From NCBI GenBank assembly GCA_950097015.1, contig CATNEN010000003.1, positions 7,068,001 to 7,132,000 on the forward strand: a DNA stretch of 64,000 nt, given 5' to 3'. This DNA comes from Macrostomum hystrix. Taxonomy: Eukaryota; Animalia; Platyhelminthes. The stretch's first letter is position 1; every line of letters starts with the position of its first letter. Positions 38,701 through 50,700 of this stretch are shown one piece after another. The position numbers and the translations under genes are program-made. Below the pieces are notes generated by a model. That model saw only the letters and a program-made list of their open reading frames with translations. It did not search any database and was not told where the DNA came from.

Positions 38701-41700
38701 GAAAACCCAGTTGAGCACTTATGAAGTGTATATCTCCAGATTTTTTCTCTCTTTGTTCATAAATAAGCTTCGTTCACTGGCCTAACCAGAGAAAGAGATA
38801 CTCAGACACATGAATATAGTAATCCAGTTAATTAACTAACTGCTGCTCCGACTAAGTTTTATGTATGTTTGTATGTATCTAACTAAATCCAGAAAAAGCC
38901 AGTAAAATTTATCTAGAATGATATTTTCATCGTCACTTTTCTTTACCTGCTTTTTGGCATCGTTGAAAACTTCTAAAAAATGTAGTAATTAAACATTTTA
39001 AACACTTTGTTTATATAGGTTTAAAATTTTAAGATTCAAATCTCTCCGAACAGCTTCGAAGCAGATAAACAAAGAATAACATTTAGACGAATATTAAGCC
39101 AAGATAAATAGACAACTAAACAGAAAACACTGAACACTCATGCAAAGCTGTTCCATTAGAACAAATCTACCAGAATAATCTACTTCTCAATCTACAAATC
39201 TACCAGAATGATCTACTTCTCAATCTACAAATCTACTAGACTTATCTACTTCTCAATCTACAAATCTACCAGAATGATCTTCTTCTCAATCTACAAATCT
39301 ACTAGACTTATCTACTTCTCAATCTACAAATCTACCAGAATGATCTACTTCTCAATCTACAAATCTACTAGACTTATCTACTTCTCAATCTACAAATCTA
39401 CTAGACTTATCTACTTCTCAATCTACAAATCTACCAGAATAATCTACTTCTCAATCTACAAATCTACCAGAATAATCTACTTCTCAATCTACAAATCTAC
39501 CAGAATAATCTACTTCTCAATCTACAAATATTACCAGACTTATCTACTTCACAATCTTCATAATATACCAGACCAATCTACTTCTCAATCTACCAATCTA
39601 CCAACAACCTTCTCGAATTCCACAGGACGGCAGCATGGAGTGCTTTGAACCCACCGACCACAGGCAACTCTGTCCGTTAGCCGAATGCCCCATGGAACAG
39701 CAAAAGACAAACAGCTTCGACTGCTGCCCCTACTGCGAAGGTGAGAACTGCTGGGTAGTGCCAGACTGACACAGGTGGGTCATACAGACACAGGTGGGTC
39801 ATACAGACACAGGTGGGTCATACAGACTGACACAGGTGGGTCATACAGACAGACACAGGTGGGTCATACAGACACAGGTGGGTCATACAGACTGATACAG
39901 GTGGGTCATACAGACAGACACAGGTGAGTCATACAGACACAGGTGGGTCATACAGACTGACACAGGTGGGTCATAAACACAGACCACAGGTGGGTCATAC
40001 AGACACAGGTGGGTCATACAGACTGACACAGGTGGGTCATACAGACAGACCACAGGTGGGTCATACAGACACAGGTGGATCATACAGACACAGGTGGATC
40101 ATACAGACAGACACAGGTGGGTCATACAGACAGACACAGGTGGGTCATACAGACGTACAGGTGGGTCATACAGACGTACAGCTGGGTCATACAGACTGAC
40201 ACAGGTGGGTCATACAGACACAGGAAGGTCATACAGACAGACACAGGTGGATCATACAGACAGACACAGGTGGGTCATACAGACAGGCACAGGTGGGTCA
40301 TACAAAAGACAAACGCTCACGTGACCCCGCAGGCTATGACTATTGCGCAAGAGGCCACAAGTGCTCCCAAAATGCCGACTGCGTCAATCTACACAATCGA
40401 TACGACTGCGTCTGTCGTCCTGGTTACCTTGGCAACGGTATTACCTGCGTAGATATTGACGAGTGTTCAACTAATAATCCGTGCGGCAACTACAGTGTCT
40501 GTGTTAACACAGAGGGCAGCTTTCGGTGCCAATGTGTGCCAGGCTACTCCAAGGACACCGAATTGTCTTGTAAAGGTAACTGCCTGCCTGCTTCTCACCT
40601 TTTTTATTTACTGAGATAATCTACTTCTCACCATCTCTATCAACTGAGATAATCTACTTCTCACCATCTCTATCAACTGTGATAATCTACTTCTCACCAT
40701 CTCTATCAACTGTGATAATCTACTTCTCACCATCTCAATCAAATGAGATAATCTACTTCTCACCATCTCTATTAACTGTGATAATCTACTTCTCACCATC
40801 TCTATCATCTGCGATAATCTACTTCTCACCATCTCTATCAACTGTGATAATCTACTTCTCACCATCTCTATCAACTGTGATAATCTACTTCTCACCATCT
40901 CTATCAACTGTGATTATCTACTTCTCAGCCTCTTAAAAATGAAACAAATTTGCAGACACGGATGAGTGCAGCGATGCTGGTCTGCACAGGTGCTCAAATA
41001 ATGCAATTTGCAGCAATTATCACGGCTCACACTCGTGCTCTTGTCTACCTGGTTACTATGGAGACGGATTCAATTGTTTGCGTAAGAAAAAAGGCGACAA
41101 AAAAGTGGGAAAATGGTTTCAACTTGATGATGAGAAATTTCTAATCTAAACTATTGGAAAAAAATCTTTGTAGCCATTTGCCAACCAGCCTGCGAGAATG
41201 GTGGTAGCTGCTTGAGACCGGGTGTCTGCAGTTGTACTCCTGGGTTTCACGGTTCTCGATGTCAACATGGTGAGTTAGCAACAAGAATTTAACATGTGAT
41301 ACCAGTCAGTGTCTAACAGGTGATACCAGTCAGTGTCTAACAAGTGATACAGGCCAGTGTCTAACAGGTGATACCAGTCAGTGTCTAACAGGTGATACAG
41401 GCCAGTGTCTAACAGGCGATACAAGTCAGTGTCTAACAGGTGATCATTTCCTGTATCTAACAGGTGATCAATTCCTGTATCTAACAGGTGAACATTTCCT
41501 GTATCTAACAGGTGATTATTTCCTGTATCTAACAGGCGATTATTTCCTGTATCTAACAGGTGATCATTTCCTGTATCTAACAGGTGATCATTTCCTGTAT
41601 CTAACAGGTGATCATTTCCTGTATCTAACAGATGATCATTTCCTGTATCTAACAGGTGATCATTTCCTGTATCTAACAGGTGATCATTTCCTGTATCTAA

Positions 41701-44700
41701 CAGGTGATCATTTCCTGTATCTAACAGGTGATCATTTCCTGTATCTAACAGGCGATCATTTCCTGTATCTAACAGGTGATCATTTCCTGTATCTAACAGG
41801 CGATCATTTCCTGTATCTAACAGGTGACCATTTCCTGTATCTAACAGGTGATCATTTCCTGTATCTAACAGGTGATCAATTCCTGTATCTAACAGGTGAT
41901 CAATTCATGTATCTAACAGGTGATCATTTCCTGTATCTAACAGGCGACTATTTCCTGTATCTAACAGGTGATCAATTCCTGTATCTAACAGGTGAACAAT
42001 TCCTGTATCTAACAGGTGATCAATTCCTGTATCTAACAGGTGATCAGTTCCTGTGTCTAACAGGTGATCATTTCCTGTATCTAACAGGTGATCATTTCCT
42101 GTGTCTAACCGGCGATCATTTCCTGTATCTAACAGGTGATCATTTCCTGTATCTAACAGGCGATCATTTCCTGTATCTAACAGGCGATAATTTTACCCAT
42201 TTCATAGATTTGGACGAGTGCGCTCTCGGTTTACACCGTTGCCATGGCAACTCGGAGTGTCGCAATCTTCCCGGCTCCTATCACTGCGTCTGTCGACGGG
42301 GATTCGACGATTTCGGGCGCGACAACCTTCTCGGAAGTCTTTGCCGAGGTAACTGTCCTTTGGGATTAATTGGATTCGTTTTCGATTCTCCCCTAATCTT
42401 CTCTCTCTCCACTAATATAGTGTCTCTCCTGATCTACTCTCTCCCCTGATCTACTCTCTCCCCTGATCTACTCTCTCCCCTAATCTACTGTCTCGCCTAA
42501 TCTATACTATCTCTCTAATCTTCTCTCCCCCCTAATCTACTGTCTCCCCTAATCTATACTCGCTCGCCTAATCTACTGTCTCCCCTAATCTACTGTCTCC
42601 CCTAATCTACTGTCTCCCCTAATCTATACTCGCTCGCCTAATCTACTGTCTCCCCTAATCTACTGTCTCCCCTAATCTACTGTCTCCCCTAATCTACTGT
42701 CTCCCCTAATCTACTGTCTCCCCTAATCTACTGTCTCCCCTAATCTATACTCTCTCCTCTAATCTACTGTCTCTCCTAATCTATACTCGCTCGCCTAATC
42801 TACTGTCTCCCCTAATCTACTGCCTCCCCTAATCTACTGTCTCCCCTAATCTATACTCGCTCGCCTAATCTACTGTCTCCCCTAATCTATATTCTCTTCC
42901 TTATTCTATATCCTTGATTTAAATCTGAGATGCATTTAGTGAAAAGTTTTGCTGGAAAAGTGCAAAAAAGGCCCCAGCAGACTCTATATCCAGATTTATC
43001 TACTTTGCAAGCATAGAACTGAAATTATTTTTACAAAAAAGTTATTTAAAAAAAACCAATCCATTATAGTACACTGTGTGTTGCACTTTGTAATCCTGTC
43101 AGTTCTGTATATGTTTAGCTGACTATTTGTGTCGGAAATTAAGTTAATTTTTATCTATCGATATCAGAAATCTAAATTCCGTAATTTTCTAGGAAATATG
43201 CACAGTATCAAGCTGGCAATGAGCCAGAGTTATGAATTCTAGACTTTCTTGTCGCGGTGTTTGCAAATATTCATGAGCCACAGATCGAAATTAAAAGGCA
43301 GTTTTTCTCTCTCTTATTCTCCTATAGTCACTTCTGCATAGTCATGTCTACTCTCTCTACTTTCCAGTGTCTACTCTCTCTACTTTCCAGTGTCTACTCT
43401 CTCTACTTTCCAGTGTCTACTCTCTCTACTTTCCAGTGTCTACTCTCTCTACTTTCCAGTGTCTACTCTCTCTACTTTCCAGTGTCTACTCTCTCTACTT
43501 TCCAGTGTCTACTCTCTCTACTTTCCAGTGTCTACTCTCTCTACTTTCCAGTGTCTACTCTCTCTACTTTCCAGTGTCTACTCTCTCTACTTTCCAGTGT
43601 CTACTCTCTCTACTTTCCAGTGTCTACTCTCTCTACTTTCCAGTGTCTACTCTCTCTACTTTCCAGTGTCTACTCTCTCTACTTTCCAGTGTCTACTCTC
43701 TCTACTTTCCAGTGTCTACTCTCTCTACTTTCCAGTGTCTAATCTCTCTACTTTCCAGTGTCTACTCTCTCTACTTTCCAGTGTCTACTCTCTCTACTTT
43801 CCAGTGTCTACTCTCTCTACTTTCCATACCTTGTATTACCTTGTCTACTCTCCCTCTCCTGTGTCTACTCCCTCTTTAACATGTCTACTCTCCTGTGTCT
43901 ACTCCCTCTTTATCATGTCTACTCTCCTGTGTCTACTCCCTCTTTATCATGTCTACTCTCCTGTGTCTGCTCTCTCTTTATCGTGTCCACTCTCCTGTGT
44001 CTACTCCCTCTTTATCATGTCTACTCTCCTGTATCTACTCCAACTTTATCGTGTCTACTCTCCTGTGTCTACTCCCTCTTTATCGTGTCTACTCTCCTGT
44101 ATCTACTCCAACTTTATCGTGTCTACTCTCCTGTATCTACTCCCTCTTTATCGTGTCTACTCTCCTGTATCTACTCCCTCTTTATCATGTCTACTCTCCT
44201 GTGTCTACTCCAACTTTATCGTGTCTACTCTCCTGTGTCTACTCCCTCTTTATCGTGTCTACTCTCCTGTATCTACTCCCTCTTTATCGTGTCTACTCTC
44301 CTGTGTCTACTCCAACTTTATCGTGTCTACTCTCCTGTGTCTACTCCAACTTTATCATGTCTACTCTCCTGTGTCTACTCCCTCTTTATCGTGTCTACTC
44401 TCCTGTATCTACTCCAACTTTATCGTGTCTACTCTCCTGTATCTACTCCCTCTTTATCGTGTCTACTCTCCTGTGTCTACTCCCTCTTTATCGTGTCTAC
44501 TCTCCTGTGTCTACTCCAACTTTATCGTGTCTACTCTCCTGTATCTACTCCCTCTTTATCGTGTCTACTCTCCTGTATCTACTCCAACTTTATCGTGTCT
44601 ACTCTCCTGTATCTACTCCAACTTTATCGTGTCTACTCTCCTGTGTCTACTCCAACTTTATCGTGTCTACTCTCCTGTGTCTACTCCAACTTTATCGTGT

Positions 44701-47700
44701 CTACTCTCCTGTGTCTACTCCCTCTTTATCGTGTCTACTCTCCTGTGTCTACTCCCTCTTTATCGTGTCTACTCTCCTGTGTCTACTCCAACTTTATCGT
44801 GTCTACTCTCCTGTATCTACTCCCTCTTTATCGTGTCTACTCTCCTGTGTCTACTCCCTCTTTATCATGTCTACTCTCCTGTGTCTGCTCTCTCTTTATC
44901 GTGTCCACTCTCCTGTGTCTACTCCCTCTTTATCATGTCTACTCTCCTGTATCTACTCCAACTTTATCGTGTCTACTCTCCTGTGTCTACTCCCTCTTTA
45001 TCGTGTCTACTCTCCTGTATCTACTCCAACTTTATCGTGTCTACTCTCCTGTATCTACTCCCTCTTTATCGTGTCTACTCTCCTGTATCTACTCCCTCTT
45101 TATCATGTCTACTCTCCTGTGTCTACTCCAACTTTATCGTGTCTACTCTCCTGTGTCTACTCCCTCTTTATCGTGTCTACTCTCCTGTATCTACTCCCTC
45201 TTTATCGTGTCTACTCTCCTGTGTCTACTCCAACTTTATCGTGTCTACTCTCCTGTGTCTACTCCAACTTTATCATGTCTACTCTCCTGTGTCTACTCCC
45301 TCTTTATCGTGTCTACTCTCCTGTATCTACTCCAACTTTATCGTGTCTACTCTCCTGTATCTACTCCCTCTTTATCGTGTCTACTCTCCTGTGTCTACTC
45401 CCTCTTTATCGTGTCTACTCTCCTGTGTCTACTCCAACTTTATCGTGTCTACTCTCCTGTATCTACTCCCTCTTTATCGTGTCTACTCTCCTGTATCTAC
45501 TCCAACTTTATCGTGTCTACTCTCCTGTATCTACTCCAACTTTATCGTGTCTACTCTCCTGTGTCTACTCCAACTTTATCGTGTCTACTCTCCTGTGTCT
45601 ACTCCAACTTTATCGTGTCTACTCTCCTGTGTCTACTCCCTCTTTATCGTGTCTACTCTCCTGTATCTACTCCAACTTTATCGTGTCTACTCTCCTGTAT
45701 CTACTCCCTCTTTATCATGTCTACTCTCCTGTGTCTACTCCAACTTTATCGTGTCTACTCTCCTGTGTCTACTCCCTCTTTATCGTGTCTACTCTCCTGT
45801 ATCTACTCCCTCTTTATCGTGTCTACTCTCCTGTGTCTACTCCAACTTTATCGTGTCTACTCTCCTGTGTCTACTCCAACTTTATCATGTCTACTCTCCT
45901 GTGTCTACTCCCTCTTTATCGTGTCTACTCTCCTGTATCTACTCCAACTTTATCGTGTCTACTCTCCTGTATCTACTCCCTCTTTATCGTGTCTACTCTC
46001 CTGTGTCTACTCCCTCTTTATCGTGTCTACTCTCCTGTGTCTACTCCAACTTTATCGTGTCTACTCTCCTGTATCTACTCCCTCTTTATCGTGTCTACTC
46101 TCCTGTATCTACTCCAACTTTATCGTGTCTACTCTCCTGTATCTACTCCAACTTTATCGTGTCTACTCTCCTGTGTCTACTCCAACTTTATCGTGTCTAC
46201 TCTCCTGTGTCTACTCCAACTTTATCGTGTCTACTCTCCTGTGTCTACTCCCTCTTTATCGTGTCTACTCTCCTGTATCTACTCCAACTTTATCGTGTCT
46301 ACTATCCTGTGTCGACTCCCTCTTTATCGTGTCTACTCTCCTGTATCTACTCCCTCTTTATCGTGTCTACTCTCCTGTGTCTACTCCAACTTTATCGTGT
46401 CTACTCTCCTGTGTCTACTCCAACTTTATCATGTCTACTCTCCTGTGTCTACTCCCTCTTTATCGTGTCTACTCTCCTGTATCTACTCCAACTTTATCGT
46501 GTCTACTCTCCTGTATCTACTCCCTCTTTATCGTGTCTACTCTCCTGTGTCTACTCCCTCTTTATCGTGTCTACTCTCCTGTGTCTACTCCAACTTTATC
46601 GTGTCTACTCTCCTGTATCTACTCCCTCTTTATCGTGTCTACTCTCCTGTATCTACTCCAACTTTATCGTGTCTACTCTCCTGTATCTACTCCAACTTTA
46701 TCGTGTCTACTCTCCTGTGTCTACTCCAACTTTATCGTGTCTACTCTCCTGTGTCTACTCCAACTTTATCGTGTCTACTCTCCTGTGTCTACTCCCTCTT
46801 TATCGTGTCTACTCTCCTGTATCTACTCCAACTTTATCGTGTCTACTATCCTGTATCTACTCCAACTTTATCGTGTCTACTATCCTGTGTCGACTCCCTC
46901 TTTATCGTGTCTACTCTCCTGTATCTACTCCAACTTTATCATGTCTACTCTCCTGTGTCTACTCCCTCTTTATCGTGTCTACTCTCCTGTATCTACTCCA
47001 ACTTTATCGTGTCTACTATCCTGTGTCTACTCCAACTTTATCATGTCTACTATCCTGTGTCTACTCCAACTTTATCGTGTCTACTATCCTGTGTCGACTC
47101 CCTCTTTATCGTGTCTACTCTCCTGTGTCTACTCCAACTTTATCGTGTCTACTCTCCTGTATCTACTCCAACTTTATCATGTCTACTCTCCTGTGTCTAC
47201 TCCAACTTTATCGTGTCTACTCTCCTGTGTCTACTCCAACTTTATCGTGTCTACTCTCCTGTGTCTACTCCAACTTTATCATGTCTACTCTCCTGTATCT
47301 ACTCCAACTTTATCGTGTCTACTCTCCTGTGTCTACTCTACCACTCGCGTGTCTTCTCTCTCTACATTCTATCTATCCTTATTATCTCTCTCCTCATATC
47401 TATGTCTACTCTCTTTTCAATTTCTCCATTCTCCATTTCTCCAGTCTGCCAACATGGAATTCCCATTAATTATTTCCCTCTACAATGCCCTCTAGAGATT
47501 GGAATCTAATATCAAACTGACTGTCATTTTATAGGATCTTGACGAATCAGATTTCCAGACTCAAACATCCAGTAGCTTTTTTGGCAAAGTCATCTTCCCC
47601 TGTTCCTGCAATAACATTAGCAATGGCCAAGACTAGCCAAATTGCCCCCCCCCTAAACTTCAGTCTCAATCATTTTGAGTGCAATTTCATACAGGCGTAA

Positions 47701-50700
47701 ACAAAAGTACATGCGGATCTGTACTAGCCTGGCTTTAGCAAAAACATCTCAGTGAAGATTCAATCTCCTAACCCAATCCCAATAAAACAACAGTTTAATG
47801 CATCTGGGATTCTCTATTCTCTTTGCTTCTCTATTCCTCTCTGTCTGTGCTTCTCTATTCCTCTCTGTCTATGCTTCTCTATTCCTCTCTGTCTATGCTT
47901 CTCTTTTCCTCTCTATGCTTCTCTATTCCTCTCTCTCTATGCTTCTCTATTCCTCTCTCTATGCTTCTCTATTCCTCTCTGTCTATGATTCTCTATTCCT
48001 CTCTGTCTATGCTTCTCTATTCCTCTCTCTCTATGCTTCTCTATTCCTCTCTGTCTATGCTTCTCTATTCCTCTCTGTCTATGCTTCTCTATTCCTCTCT
48101 CTCTATGCTTCTCTATTCCTCTCTCTCTATGCTTCTCTATTCCTCTCTCTATGCTTCTCTATTCCTCTCTCTCTATGCTTCTCTATTCCTCTCTGTCTAT
48201 GCTTCTCTATTCCTCTCTCTCTATGCTTCTCTTTTCCTCTCTATGCTTCTCTATTCCTCTCTCTCTATGCTTCTCTATTCCTCTCTGTCTATGCTTCTCT
48301 ATTCCTCTCTGTCTATGCTTCTCTATTCCTCTCTCTCTATGCTTCTCTATTCCTCTCTGTCTATGCTTCTCTATTCCTCTCTCTATGCTTCTCTATTCCT
48401 CTCTGTCTATGATTCTCTATTCCTCTCTGTCTATGCTTCTCTATTCCTCTCTGTCTATGCTTCTCTATTCCTCTCTGTCTATGCTTCTCTATTCCTCTCT
48501 GTCTATGCTTCTCTATTCCTCTCTCTCTATGCTTCTCTATTCCTCTCTGTCTATGCTTCTCTATTCCTCTCTCTATGCTTCTCTATTCCTCTCTGTCTAT
48601 GCTTCTCTATTCCTCTCTGTCTATGATTCTCTATTCCTCTCTGTCTATGCTTCTCTATTCCTCTCTGTCTATGCTTCTCTATTCCTCTCTGTCTATGCTT
48701 CTCTATTCCTCTCTCTCTATGCTTCTCTATTCCTCTCTGTCTATGGTTCTCTATTCCTCTCTCTCTATGCTTCTCTATTCCTCTCTGTCTATGCTTCTCT
48801 ATTCCTCTCTCTCTATGCTTCTCTATTCCTCTCTGTCTATGCTTCTCTATTCCTCTCTGTCTATGCTTCTCTATTCCTCTCTGTCTATGCTTCTCTATTC
48901 CTCTCTGTCTATGCTTCTCTATTCCTCTCTCTCTATGCTTCTCTATTCCTCTCTCTATGCTTCTGTATTCCTCTCTCTCTATGCTTCTCTATTCCTCTCT
49001 GTCTATGCTTCTCTATTCCTCTCTGTCTATGCTTCTCTATTCCTCTCTCTCTATGCTTCTCTATTCCTCTCTGTCTATGCTTCTCTATTCCTCTCTCTCT
49101 ATGCTTCTCTATTCCTCTCTGTCTATGCTTCTCTATTCCTCTCTGTCTATGCTTCTCTATTCCTCTTTTTTCTTTTTCTTTCCATAACTCCTCATTAGTC
49201 CTTTCATTGTCTAACTTAATCCTTAATCGGCTGTTAGATACATTTCTTTTAGATTCTAAATCTGTCAATTTAAATAAAGACACAAAATATTGGGCTTCAA
49301 AAGTGACAACGTTTAGCCAGGAGCAGCAACAGCAGCAGCAGCAGCAGAGCTCTGGCTTTGTGCGCAGATCCACAACGGAATGCAAACTGTTTCCTAGAAA
49401 ACTTATTCCGCCTCGGGTCAAATACGTCTTTGGACAGTGAGTGACATGTTCGGTTTGTTAGCACGGCATAGAATGCAGTCTAGTCTAGTATAGATAAAAG
49501 TACGTTTAAAGTGGAAGCTTTCTTGGTCTATACTTGCCTCCACAGATATCTGATCTTTGGGACAAAACTTTTTATCATTTTTCGATTCCGTCTGGATCAC
49601 ACATGAAGGAAAATTTATTCAATGTACTCTGTACTTGTCCTTTTACCCAAACTGCGTTGTCACTTGATCTTTCATCGCCTCTGATAAACTTTCAGTTTAA
49701 ATTTCAGCTTATTTGCTTTTGTGCCTTATTTTTCTCTGCCTATGCTTCTCCCTATTCCAATCTATGCCTCTCTCCCTGTTCCAATCTATGCCTCTCTCCC
49801 TATTCCAATCTATGCCTCTCCCTTCCTGTTTCAATCTATGCCTCTCTCCCTATTCCAATCTATGCCTCTCTCCCTATTCCAATCTATGCCTCTCTCTCCC
49901 TATTCCAATCTATGCCTCTCTCTCCCTATTCCAATCTATTCCTCTCTCCCTGTTCCAATCTATTCCTCTCTCCCTGTTCCAATCTATGCCTCTCTCCCTG
50001 TTCCAATCTATGCCTCTCTCCCTGTTCTAATCTATGCCTCTCTCCCTATTCCAATCTATTCCTCTCTCCCTGTTCCAATCTATGCCTCTCTCCCTGTTCC
50101 AATCTATGCCTCTCTCCCTGTTCCAATCTATGCCTCTCTCCCTGTTCTAATCTATGCCTCTCTCCCTATTCCAATCTATTCCTCTCTCCCTGTTCCAATC
50201 TATGCCTCTCTCCCTATTCCAATCTATGCCTCTCTCCCTATTCCAATCTATGCCTCTCTCCCTATTCCAATCTATGCCTCTCTCCCTATTCCAATCTATG
50301 CCTCTCTCTCCCTATTCCAATCTATGCCTCTCTCCCTGTTCCAATCTATGCCTCTCTCCCTATTCCAATCTATGCCTCTCTCCCTGTTCCAATCTATGCC
50401 TCTCTCCCTGTTCTAATCTATGCCTCTCTCCCTATTCCAATCTATTCCTCTCTCCCTGTTCCAATCTATGCCTCTCTCCCTATTCCAATCTATGCCTCTC
50501 TCCCTGTTCCAATCTATGCCTCTCTCCCTGTTCCAATCTATGCCTCTCTCCCTGTTCCAATCTATGCCTCTCTCCCTATTCCAATCTATGCCTCTCTCCC
50601 TATCCCTATATGTATGTCTTCACCAATTCCTGTCACTCATTCTGTATACCTTTCTAGCTAAAGATACAAGCCACAAAAATTATTAGTTGCGCAATTCGAT

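Noticed and set aside
43257-50686. ORFs up to 1359 aa in all three plus frames
   Set aside because: Stop-free pyrimidine-rich arrays inside NELL intron 13.
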